Below, one piece after another: positions 34,401 to 43,759 of a stretch of DNA of 54,152 bases. The stretch is taken from the NCBI GenBank assembly GCA_963575745.1, contig CAUYUJ010000262.1:62001-116152 (forward strand), read 5' to 3'. The first letter of the stretch is position 1. Each line of letters starts with the position of its first letter. The notes below the pieces were generated by a model. The model was not told the origin of the DNA, ran no database searches, and saw nothing but the letters and a program-made list of their open reading frames with translations. The DNA comes from Prorocentrum cordatum (lineage: Eukaryota). Position numbers and translations under genes: made by a program.

Positions 34401-36759
34401 GGATTGGCTGAAGAGCGACGGCGAGGCCATGCTCCTGCAGTATGTCTCCAAGTACGTAGCCAAATTCTCCGACAGCAGCTACGACGAGTGGATGAGCGAC
34501 AGCGCCTCCGCGGACAGCGTGGCGCGCCGCGTGTGCTTCGAGTATCACCCGTACGAGCCGGAGATGATTCTGCAGCTGTGCGGCGCCCAGTTCCGGCAGT
34601 ACGACATCTCTACGGCCAGTGGCGGGTTCCGCACCGTCTCGGCGCCCTACGCGGGCATGTCAGCGGTGCCGGAGTGGGTGCAGAAGTACGCCGAGTGCGC
34701 GTGGCGCCACGACGGAATGGCTCTGCTGGAGTGGTTGCGCAAGACAAACGACGACGGGAACATCGCGGGTTGGCTGGTTCGCAAGCACAAGCAGGAGCTC
34801 ATGATGGCGCTCTACCAAAGGTATCGGAAGACCATGGACGACGGGGAGGAGCCGCTGACGCTCGACGCTTACTGGCGCAGCCTCCGCGCCGCGTTCAAGG
34901 ACGAGCCGAACAGCGAGAAGGCGCCGATGACATTCGTGGAGTATCTCGCCGCGAGGTATAGGCGGGAGAAGAGCGACGACGAGGTGGATTTCCCTGAGTT
35001 GGAGCAGTTCGCGCGGGCGCACCGCATGCAGGGCGAGAAAGTCGTCAGCGTCGAGACCGTGTACGAGCTGAATGACCGCTACTACGGCCAGTGGGCTGCC
35101 ATGAACGTGCCGTTCCGTTCGCTGGACGAGTTAGTATTCGAAGACATAGAACAGCGTGTCCCCGGGAAGTACCGCTACCTTGCGTCGGCGCTGCGGCTGT
35201 GCTCGGACCAAAGTCGCGTCGCCGCAGAGCATCGCGACCTGTTCACCAACGACAAGCTTCTCGTGGACTACATGAAGGCGTCCGCGAAGTCGACGAAGTT
35301 CAGCGAGAACGTTCTGAGCATGGTCGTGGGGCAAAGGAAGCTCATCAATATGTATCTGACGGGTGTTCTTGACAAGAGCGACGAGAGCGCTGCGGCGGAG
35401 GCGGAGGCGGCCGCGGATGGGAATCGCAGACGCCCGCGAGACGACGCGGAGGGAGCGGCGGACGTGAGGTTCAACCAGCAGCAGCTCCAGTTCGAGTCCG
35501 CGATCAACGAGAGCGTCGACCGTGCGCTCAGGGCGAACCATTCGGATGATTGGGAGGACGCAGACGCTGCGCGCGAGGAGGCATGGCAGAAGGGGAAACC
35601 CATTATCTGCCTCGGCAAACCAGGCACGGGGAAGACTACCGTGGTGAAGGCTTGCATCCGGCGTGCCCAGGACAATGGCGCCCGAGTGCTCTTCGCGCTC
35701 CCGACGGCACAGCTCGCGAGCCGCATGCGGGCCGCGCTCAACGACATGCACGGCGTGGAGGTGGCCACGTGTCACGCAGCGTTCAAGCTGAACGAACCTG
35801 TCACGGAGTCGTTGCCGCTGATGACCATGTACGACCTGGTCGTCGTGGACGAGGTGTCGCTCCTTGACTGTCCGCAGTTTGAGCGCATGGTGAAGTTGTG
35901 GAGCGTCGCAGAGAAGGTCCCGGCGCTCGTGTTCCTGGGCGACAAGTATCAGCTTCCGGGCGTCGGGGAGACGCGCGCATGGGAGAGCGCCGCCTGGTCA
36001 CGGCCAGCGTGCTATCACGTGAAGCTGCACGATGCGTGGAGATGCAAGGAGGAGCGCTTTCAGGAGATTCTCGACGAGATCCGCACGGCGAAGCCGTCGA
36101 AGGAGACGTTGGCGAAGATCTGTCGGGGGCACAAAGCTTGGAAGATGGGCGATCCGACGCCGACGGATCTGAAGAAGCTCTACGAAGCGCACCCGGAGAC
36201 GACCGTCGTCACGTGTACCCGGAAGGGAGCGAATGCAGTGAACGAAGCTGCAGTGAAGGCTCTGTATGGTCGGAAGTCCCCGCTGGCAGTCCTTCCAGGC
36301 GACGTGGAACTGAACCCAGAGAACTACGAGCATGGGCAGTTCCGCACCGATCGCCGCCCCCTGCCGAGCGCTGTGCCGGTTTACAAGGGCATGCAGATTT
36401 ACCTCACGAAGAACGTTCGCAAAGAGGATGATTTCGTGAATGGTATGTTATGCGTGGTCGAGAACTACCACGTGGCCGAAGACGTCCTGCGCGTGAAGAC
36501 AAAGACGGGGCACCGCCTCGCTATTTTCCGCTGGACTGATCGCGAGAAGAATAATGCTGTATATTTTCCGATTCGTTTAGGATACGCTAGCACGATAGAT
36601 AAGGTCCAGGGCGATGAATTTTCGCATATCACAATATACTTAGATGGATGGCCGAGGCCAGCTGCCGGCTATACTGCGCTCAGCCGCGTGGCCACCTCGG
36701 ATGATTATATGATTGGGGGCCATGTAGAGCGCAGCAGCTTCACTCCAGCGCTTGCATGA
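31498..36759 (+). CDS. Helitron-like RepHel protein (HUH Y2 rolling-circle endonuclease fused to a PIF1-family SF1B helicase), ~1750 aa, intronless
   Basis: Uninterrupted ORF; first ATG 31498, TGA 36757-36759. Rep motifs in order: LFFTIAP (~33781), RLEFQ...GRPHLHVLFF (HUH, ~34045-34131), YVSKYVAK (34441-34464). PIF1 motifs: GKPGTGKT (35614-35637), VVVDEVS, FLGDKYQLPGV, FVNG, YFPIRLGYASTIDKVQG, GYTALSRV. The Rep-then-helicase order matches Helitron RepHel. Confidence 0.93.
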   Translation: MGPRRCEGFVMGDGAVMECCFSPWDAGKHAQAKYNGQCQWCSPVRMQTICKTQRLSKLASHSLANLQKLDAGIYDIAVERVAMCEGGDELISRAKEIVAKNQQAAAPAQDPVDDQGDVVMEPVEEVPGGAPDAAELPPPPPAAERTGKRLCEGYALGRAMGRKLKDKGDCGVCAFSRAEPGERAFAAGGHCVFCTPARMKEAAQNPMKKKNVMADLNKFKQASAALHAKALGRLRRHLTLHDYKVLVTPHNCCRGAGEHACPFSTANPGQPARVLKEDKHLCSWCDPQRLRGMQGVKRSGLLKQLEAFREKDEAVFDKAEAILKSVYGDDYVAQMRKKTVRQNQQAARAQRARRRSGKTDWPEKLKRRALQMQNPADDKEARKKFRRLTLENHKKVENSFFKDKAERRVRGRADEIPKGEELDPPLEAASFSDLSKGLESWALRGSWGMCKECSVLQPRPMHEVDMFRDASEEISKSACRRCNASRKMFVPLPEQVPKKLRGLSEEAVEALRPIEIDVGPEARSTDKFGRPNGYQKKVKMITFYFSRWHVGDKIKEIEDKEMRHRAKKALEYLLSCEESSYKYFYDMHEKFLRKNGEDAADRKRKRPCHFLQEVGLECALWPHLYWCTEMTETKEQWSDARREDRRQALEAKKKKPEYGYRSDDSDEDDGSGDQEMSERTSVKRSFITKCLSPLLGYGSNFELLQFVYDLNLWATLGGKKNLGLDNVPMRVLMKGHTFSPLYWKEVHNGLVDLVRQIGFPKLFFTIAPWEPAFRYHDWVRDEMEKTLRTRMYLPVGETLHITHVLMEIVRGLLAGNNQQCMDQERKSWTKHVFSAKDSDGKQVRVQSFTRLEFQDGSRKEGTKRYDGSGRPHLHVLFFADDEAMANMGLEHHLFATKPEDFPDHLKGYVDGSQMDRHGGGESKWPIYHGPSGVHNSDGILELKHTENDHDAGMRAFCADVMDGQPCHQDWLKSDGEAMLLQYVSKYVAKFSDSSYDEWMSDSASADSVARRVCFEYHPYEPEMILQLCGAQFRQYDISTASGGFRTVSAPYAGMSAVPEWVQKYAECAWRHDGMALLEWLRKTNDDGNIAGWLVRKHKQELMMALYQRYRKTMDDGEEPLTLDAYWRSLRAAFKDEPNSEKAPMTFVEYLAARYRREKSDDEVDFPELEQFARAHRMQGEKVVSVETVYELNDRYYGQWAAMNVPFRSLDELVFEDIEQRVPGKYRYLASALRLCSDQSRVAAEHRDLFTNDKLLVDYMKASAKSTKFSENVLSMVVGQRKLINMYLTGVLDKSDESAAAEAEAAADGNRRRPRDDAEGAADVRFNQQQLQFESAINESVDRALRANHSDDWEDADAAREEAWQKGKPIICLGKPGTGKTTVVKACIRRAQDNGARVLFALPTAQLASRMRAALNDMHGVEVATCHAAFKLNEPVTESLPLMTMYDLVVVDEVSLLDCPQFERMVKLWSVAEKVPALVFLGDKYQLPGVGETRAWESAAWSRPACYHVKLHDAWRCKEERFQEILDEIRTAKPSKETLAKICRGHKAWKMGDPTPTDLKKLYEAHPETTVVTCTRKGANAVNEAAVKALYGRKSPLAVLPGDVELNPENYEHGQFRTDRRPLPSAVPVYKGMQIYLTKNVRKEDDFVNGMLCVVENYHVAEDVLRVKTKTGHRLAIFRWTDREKNNAVYFPIRLGYASTIDKVQGDEFSHITIYLDGWPRPAAGYTALSRVATSDDYMIGGHVERSSFTPALA

Positions 36760-37324
36760 TTTAGCGGCAGCAGCGCTCTGTGATTACATCGTGGCTCGGC
36801 GGGGCGCGGATGCTCGCTCTGGCCCCGAGGCCCGAAGCTCTTTGTGCCAGAATCGGCATGCCGTGCATTGCTTGAGGGCAGCGACTGTTCAGCGGTTCCT
36901 TTCGATGCGTTTAGGAAAACCTTCATACGTTGATGCGTCGGATGTTCAGCGCGAGCGTGGGTATTAGCGCGTGCGCGTGCGCATTCGCATGTATAACGCA
37001 CGCGTGGTGACCTTGTGCGCCACGTGCAAGAGCGCGGCACAGACGTGAACACTGCTTGTGTACGCATGGCACCGGCATGAGCATGGCGCGAGCACGAGCG
37101 CTGGCGGTGGCGGTGAACACTGCGTGTGTGTGTGCGCGACACCAGCCTGAGCATGGCGCGAGAAGGACCGCGGGCGGCGTCGCATGCGTCGCACGCGCGC
37201 TCGGCACTCGGAGGATGCATGAATGCGGGCAGGAAGTGTAGCGCACGCGATGACGAGCCACAGAGATTCGTGTCGGGGGGAGGGGGAGCGCGAGGGGGTG
37301 GGTCTGGCACCCCCTCGCGAGTTC

Positions 37325-37730
37325 GGGAGCGCCTGGGAGCTCCTGGGAGCGCCTGGGAGCGCTTGCGGAAGCGCGTGAGGGCGTGTTGGGAGCGGTTGGA
37401 GAGTCCCTGGGAGCGCCTGGAGCGTTTGGAAGTGCTTGAAGCGCCGCATGCGGTAATTTCATGCGTTTGGAGCACCCAGGGGCCCCGAATGCTGTATTTG
37501 CATAGGGTTTGCAGCCTCAGGGGGTGTAGCGACTCGCGGAGAACCCGCTTGCTAGGGCTGAGGGTTAGGGGTTCCTTTTCTGAGGTCCTCGTAGCGCCTG
37601 AGAGCGTGCCGGGAGCGCCTGGGAGCGCCTGGGAGCACTTCGGAGCGTTCCGCGAGCGCCTTGGGAGCGTACCGCGAGCGCCTGGGGAGCTCTTGGGAGC
37701 TCCCGGGAGCTTCTGGAAGCGTCTGGGCGC
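37325..37730 (-). repeat. Inverted counterpart of the CCAGGCGCTC minisatellite
   Basis: GGGAGCGCCTGGGAGCGC units in two blocks. Confidence 0.85.
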
Positions 37731-38076
37731 CGCGGGCGGCCGAGAGGGCGCCGCAGGCTGTATTTTCATATGGTTTGCTGCCCCACGGACGGCCGAAAGG
37801 GCGCCGCATGCTGTATTTTCATAGGTTTGGAGCCCCAGGGGGTGGCACCGACCGCAGCGAACCCTTTGGCTAGCGCTTGGGGTTAAGGGTTCTTTTCATT
37901 AGTCGAACCAGCGGAGCTGCATACGCGCGGCGTGCGAATTCCTCCTCAGCGGCTCTCGCCGCTTCGTCGGTGCCACGTACGTGGAATGGGCAGGCTCGCT
38001 GAGCGCTCGGCCAGGCGCCACGGGCTTCTGACGATGCACCGCCCGCGGCTTGCAGTCTAGGGTTTAGGGTTTAGGG

Positions 38077-41000
38077 TCTAACAGGGCAAGGCCACGATTA
38101 CAACCTTCAACGGAACCCACCTGCGGTCGCCATCATTCCCCCCCGCATCTCCACCCCCCCATAAAGATCATATCTTCTATCATGTCATAGCGTGGCTGTA
38201 GCATAGCATAGCATGGTATAGCATTGCTTAGCAAAGCATGGCAAAGCATAGGTTCCCCCAAAACACATATAGTGTAGCATGGCATTGCATAGCATAGCAC
38301 AACATAGCAGAGCATGGCAAAGCATAGGTTCCCCACAAAGTGGGAAACCTATAGTGTAGCATAGCAGAGCATAGCAAAGCGAAGCATCGGGTCGGACCCT
38401 GAAAGGCGGGTCGGGTCGGGCGGGCGGGACATTAAAGTATGGTGGGTGTACACTTGACACGCGTGAACCCTAACAAGCGGGTCGGGTCGGGTCGGGCGCA
38501 CTCTAGGGTTCGCCCGACCTCAACGTGCTTTGCTATGCAACGCCTCTCGCATGCTATGCCAGCATAACATTTATTAGCACAAAGGCGAGTTCCACAACAT
38601 CTGGATAACCGCAGCCTCTAGCGTGGCTGTCGCATAACACCAGTGCTGAAAAACATTGAAATGTCCAAAGGAGTTGGCCATGATCGCGCGGCCGACGCGC
38701 GCTTGTGCACTTTGTCGTTTTTTTTGCAATCGAATAGTACCATGCACACATCTTGCAAGAGCAGGATGTTAAGGTTATAGTATTTTTTACAACACAAAAC
38801 TCCGGTACACTTCCCGGCCCGCGACCCGGGTTGGACACGAAACGTATGAAAAAAACATAGGATTTTGATAAATTCGATGCGCATGATCAGGATATAGTGT
38901 TTCTTGACAGGGATCAGGACCGCCCGTTTATAGACCCGGTCACGATCCATTATAAAAAACATCGTTTTCAGAGCGCATGATCAGGAAATGGTTTTTTTTG
39001 CATAGGACGGAGGCCGGTTTACATAGCGACCGGTTTGGAAGGATTTAGGGTTTATTAATTATAAGGATTAGAGATTTAGGGTTTAGGGTTTAGGGTTTAG
39101 GGTTTAGGGTCTAACAGGGCAAGGCCAGGAATACCTACCTGCACAGGCACTCACCTGCGGTGGCTATCAATCCCCCCCGCATCTCCACCCCCACATAAAG
39201 ATCATCTCTCCTCTCATGTTATACCGTGGTTGTAGCATAGCATAGCATGCCATAGCAAGCCTGGGAGCAAGCGCTTAGCAAAGAGGCGGCGGCCGCGCGC
39301 GCGCGGGAGACCCAGCGGGCGGGTCGGGTCGGGTCGGGCGGGCGGACCCTAACGGGCGGGTCGGGTCAGGTCGGCGGACCCTAACGGGCGGGTCGGGTCG
39401 GGAGGGCGGGACATTCAAGTATGGTGCGTGTACACTTGACACGCGTGAACCCTAACAAGCGGGTCGGGTCGGGCGGGCGGACCCTAACGGGCGGGCGGAC
39501 CCTCTCGTATGCTATGCCAGCATAACATAGATTAGCACAAAGGCGAGTTCCACAACATTGGGATAACCGCAGCCACGTAGCGTGGCTGTCGCATAACACC
39601 AGTGCTGAAAAAAACATTGAAATGTCCAAAGGAGTTGGCCATGATCGCGCGGCCGCCGCGCGCGTGTGCACTTTGTCCTTTTTTTTGCAATGGAATATAA
39701 GCATGGACACATCTTGCAAGAGCAGGATGTTAAGGTTATAGTTTTTTGGCATTATAAAACTCCGGTACGCATCCCGGCCCGCGACCCGGCCCGCGACCCG
39801 GGTTGGGCACGAAACATATGAAAAAAACATAGGATTCTGATAAATTCGATGCGCATGATCAGGATACAGTGTTTTTTGACAGGGATCAGCCCGGCCCGTT
39901 TATAGACCCGGTCACGATCCATTGTAAAAAACATCGTTTTCAGAGCGCATGATCAGGAAATGATATTTTTTTGCAGAGGATGGAGGGGGGGATGCATAGT
40001 GGCCGGTTTTGAAGGATTTAGGGTTTAATAATAATAGAGATTAGAGATTTAGGGTTTAGGGTTTAGAGTTTAGGGTCTAACAGGGCAAGGCCAAGAATAC
40101 CTACCTGCATAGGCACCCACCTGCGGTGGCTATCAATCCCCCCCGCATCCCCACCCCCACATAGAGATCATCTCTCCTCTCATGTTATACAGTGGCTGTA
40201 GCATAGCATAGCATAGCAGAGCAAGCCTGGGAGCAAGCGCTTAGCAAAGAGGCGGCGGCCGCGCGCGCGCGCGCGGGAGACCCAAACGGGCGGGTCGGGT
40301 CGGGTCGGGCGGGCGGACCCTGACGGGCGGGTCGGGCCAGGTCGGGCGGACCCTAACGGGCGGGCCGGGTCGGGAGGGCGGGACATTCAAGTATGGTGCG
40401 TGTACACTTGACACGCGTGAACCCTAAACGGGCGGGTCGGGTCGGGCGGGCGGGCCCTGACGGGCGGGTCGGGTCGGGTCGGGCAGACCCTAGCGGGCGG
40501 GTCGGGTCGGGCGGGCGGGACATTAAAGTATGGTGCGTGTGCACTTGACACGCGTGAACCCTGACGGGCGGGTCGGGTCGGGTCGGGCGGACGGACCCTA
40601 ACGGGCGGGTCGGGTCGGGCGGGCGGGACAGTAAAGTGTTGCGCGTGCACTTGACACGCGGCATAGCATAGCATAGCACAGCATGGCAAAGCATAGGTTC
40701 CCCAAGAAAGTGTTGTTTCATAAGGAAAGTGGACCTCGGAAGTGGGTGGTTTACACGGCGGGTCGTAAAGATCCCCATAGCAGGCCCGATCCAGGGGTGC
40801 GCCTGGGAGCACGCATGATCAGGAAATGATTTTGTTGCATAGGATTGTGGGTGGTTTATATAGCGGGTTGTAAAGATCCCCATAGCAGGCTCGATCCAGG
40901 GGTGCGCCTGGGAGCACGCATGATCAGGAAATAGTATGTTTTGCATGGGATTGTGGGTGGTTTACATAGCGGGTCGTAAAGATCCCCAGAGCAGGCTCGA

Positions 41001-42287
41001 TCCAGGGGTGCGCCTGGGAGCACGCATGATCAGTTTATAGTATGTGTTGCATAGGATTGTGGGTGGTTTACATAGGGGGCCGTAAAGATCCCCATAGCAG
41101 GCTCGATCCAGGAGTTCGGATCGGACATCGGGAGGCATGGGGGTGCAGGGTTTCAGGTTTAATAATAATAGAGATTAGAGATTTAGGGTTTAGGGTTTAG
41201 TGTTTAGGGTTTAACAGGGCAAGGCCAAGAATACTTACCCGCATAGGTACCCACCTGCGGCGGCTATCAATCCCCCCCGCATCTCCACCCCCACATAAAG
41301 ATCATCTCTCCGTTCAAGTCGTACAGGGGGAGGGTCGATTGCATATAGTCGTACAGCCCGAGAGGGGTTCCGCGCGTGCCCGCTCGCAGATGGTGAGGAT
41401 ATGATCGATTGCATATAGTCGTACAGCCCGAGAGGGGTTCCGTGCGTGCCCGCTAGCAGATGGTGAGGTATGCATGGGTCGAATGCATGTAGTCGTACAG
41501 CCCGAGAGGGGTTCCACGCGTGCCCGCTTGCAGATGGTGAGGGCATGCATGGGTCGATTGCATATAGTCGTACAGCCCGAGAGGGGTTCCGTGCGTGCCC
41601 GCTCGCAGATGGTGGGGGCATGCATGGGTCGATTGCATGTAGTCGTACAGCCCGAGACGGGTTCCGTGCGTGCCCGCTCGCAGATGGTGAGGGTATGCAT
41701 GGGGAAAGTGCACATCGGAGACGATGGATGATCAGGATGTAGTGTTTTTTGCAGTAGATCGTGAGGGTTTGCATGGGGGGTCGGGCAGGAGATAGTGTTT
41801 TTTTCCATAAGGAAAGTGCACATCGGAGACGATGGATGATCCGGATATAGTGTTTGTTGCAGTAGATCGTGATGGTTTGCATGGCGGGTCGGGCAGGATG
41901 TAGTGTTTTTTTTTTGTTTTTTTTTTCATAGGGAAAGTGGACCGCAGAAGTTAGATTCCAATCGGGCCGCGTGGGGTAGAAGGATTTAGGGTTTAATAAT
42001 TATAGAGATTAGAGATTTAGGTTTTAGGGTTTTGGGTTTTGGGCGTTGGGTTTTGGGTTTTGGGTTTTGGGTTTTGGGTTTTGGGTTTTGGGTTTTGGGT
42101 TTTGGGTTTTGGGTTTTGGGTTTTGGGTTTTGGGTTTTGGGTTTTGGGTTTTGGGTTTTGGGTTTAGGGCTTAGGGCCTAGGGCTAGGGCTAGGGCTAGG
42201 GCTAGGGTTAAGGGTTCAGGGTTAAGGGTTAGGCTTTAGGGTTAGGGTTAGGGTTAGGGTTTAGGGTTTAGGGTTAGGGTTTAGGGT

Positions 42288-42318
<31 letters not shown>

Positions 42319-43213
42319 GTATGGTTTGTGTTGAGGGTTAAGGTTTAGGGTTAGGGTCAGGGTGAGGGTTTAGGGTTAGGGTTCGGGTTCGGGTTTAGGG
42401 TTAAGGTTTAGGGTTCAGTGTTTAGGGTTAGGGTTAAGGTTTAGGGTTAGGTCATAGGGTTTAGGGTTACAGTTAAGGTTTAGGGTTTAGGGTTAGGGCT
42501 AGAGTTTAGGGTTAGGGTTAAGGATTAGGGTGTAGGGGTTAGGGTTAGGGTTAGGGTTTAGGGTCAGGGTTTAGGGTGTAGGGTTTTGGGGGTTAGGGTT
42601 TAAGGTTAGGGTTAGGGTTTAGGGTTAGGGTTTAGAGTTTAGAGCAGGGTCTAACAGGGCAAGGCCAGGAATACCTACCTGCATAGGCACTCACCTGCGG
42701 TGGCTATCAATCCCCCCCGCATCTCCACCCCCACATAAAGATTACGCCTGGGACCACGCATGATCAGGAAATAATATGTTGTGCATAGGATTGTGGGTGG
42801 TTTACATAGCGATGTAAAGATCTCCATAGCAGGCTCGATCCAGGAGTGCGCCTGGGAGCACGCATGATCAGGAAATAATATGTTTTGCATAGGATTGTGG
42901 GTGGTTTACATAGCGGGTCGTAAAGATCCCCATAGTAGGCTCCATCCAGGAGCGCGCCTGGGAGCACGCATGATCAGGAAATAATATGTTTTGCATAGGA
43001 TTGTGTGTGGTTTACGTAGCGGGTCGTGAAGATCCCCATAGCAGGCTCGATCCAGGAGCGCGCCTGGGAGCACGCATGATCAGGAAATAGTATGTTTTGC
43101 ATAGGATGGTGAGGGGGGTTACATGGCGAACCGCAGGGCGAAGCGCAGGGCGAAGCGCAAGAAGCCGCCTCTGTAGGGTTTAGGGTTTAATAATAATAAG
43201 ATTAGAGATCTAG
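38077..43213. mobile_element. Array of five non-coding cassettes with conserved termini separated by telomeric repeats
   Basis: Heads (C/T)TAACAGGGCAAGGCCA...CACCTGCGG...CCCCCCGCATC(T)CCACCCCC at ~38078, 39111, 40077, 41211 and 42651. Tails ~GGTTTAATAATAATAGAGATTAGAGAT(T/C)TAGG at ~39075, 40050, 41185, 42018 and 43213. Confidence 0.8.
42016..42645 (+). repeat. Long interstitial telomeric tract (TTTTGGG block, then TTAGGG/TTTAGGG mix)
   Basis: Direct reading; homogeneous TTTTGGG run at ~42050-42162. Confidence 0.95.
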
Positions 43214-43462
43214 GGTTTAGGGTCAGGGTTGGGGTTGAGGTTAGGGTTTAGGGTTAGGGTTAGGGTTTAGGGTTTAGGGTGAGGGGTAGGGTTGAGGTTA
43301 GGGATTAGGGTTGAGGGCTAGGGTTAAGGGTTCAGGTTTAGAGCTTAGGTTAGGGCTAGGCTTAGTGTTAGGGTTTGGGGTCAGGGTTAGGTCTACGGTT
43401 AGGGTTTAGGCTTCGGGTTAGGGATTATGGATTAGGGTTCAGGGTTTGGGTTAGAGGTTAGG
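43211..43462 (+). repeat. Degenerate telomeric tract
   Basis: TTAGGG/TTTAGGG variants. Confidence 0.9.
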
Positions 43463-43759
43463 GCTTCGGGGGGGTCGGGGCGGGGGTGGTAGGGATGGGG
43501 TTCCGGAGCCGGGGCGCGAGCCGGGGAAAGGGGGGGGGGGGGGTTCGCCGACGACGGTTCGGGAAAGGGGGAGGGGGGGGGGGTTCGCCGACGACGGCTC
43601 GGGCAAGGGGGGGGGGGGGGGGGGGTTCGCCGACGACGGCTCGGGCAAGGGGGCAAGGGGGGGGGGGGGGGGTTCGCCGACCACGGCTCGGGCAAAGGGG
43701 GGGGGGGGTTCTGAACCCCCCCCCCCCCCTTTGGGTGATCCAGCGGCGCGCCCTCCCCC

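Larger units (their letters stand above)
25273..38060 (+). mobile_element. Putative autonomous Helitron-like element embedded in telomeric repeats
   Basis: Contains the RepHel ORF. Bounded by a TTTAGGG tract on the left (25148-25273) and by CTAG (38057-38060) followed by GGTTTAGGGTTTAGGG on the right. Inverted CCAGGCGCTC/GAGCGCCTGG arrays lie near the two ends. Exact termini are inferred. Confidence 0.6.

Noticed and set aside
25148..43462. Integrated linear episome or chromosome fusion with two telomeric ends
   Set aside because: All tracts read TTTAGGG on the same strand, whereas a two-ended linear molecule or end-to-end fusion would give opposite orientations.
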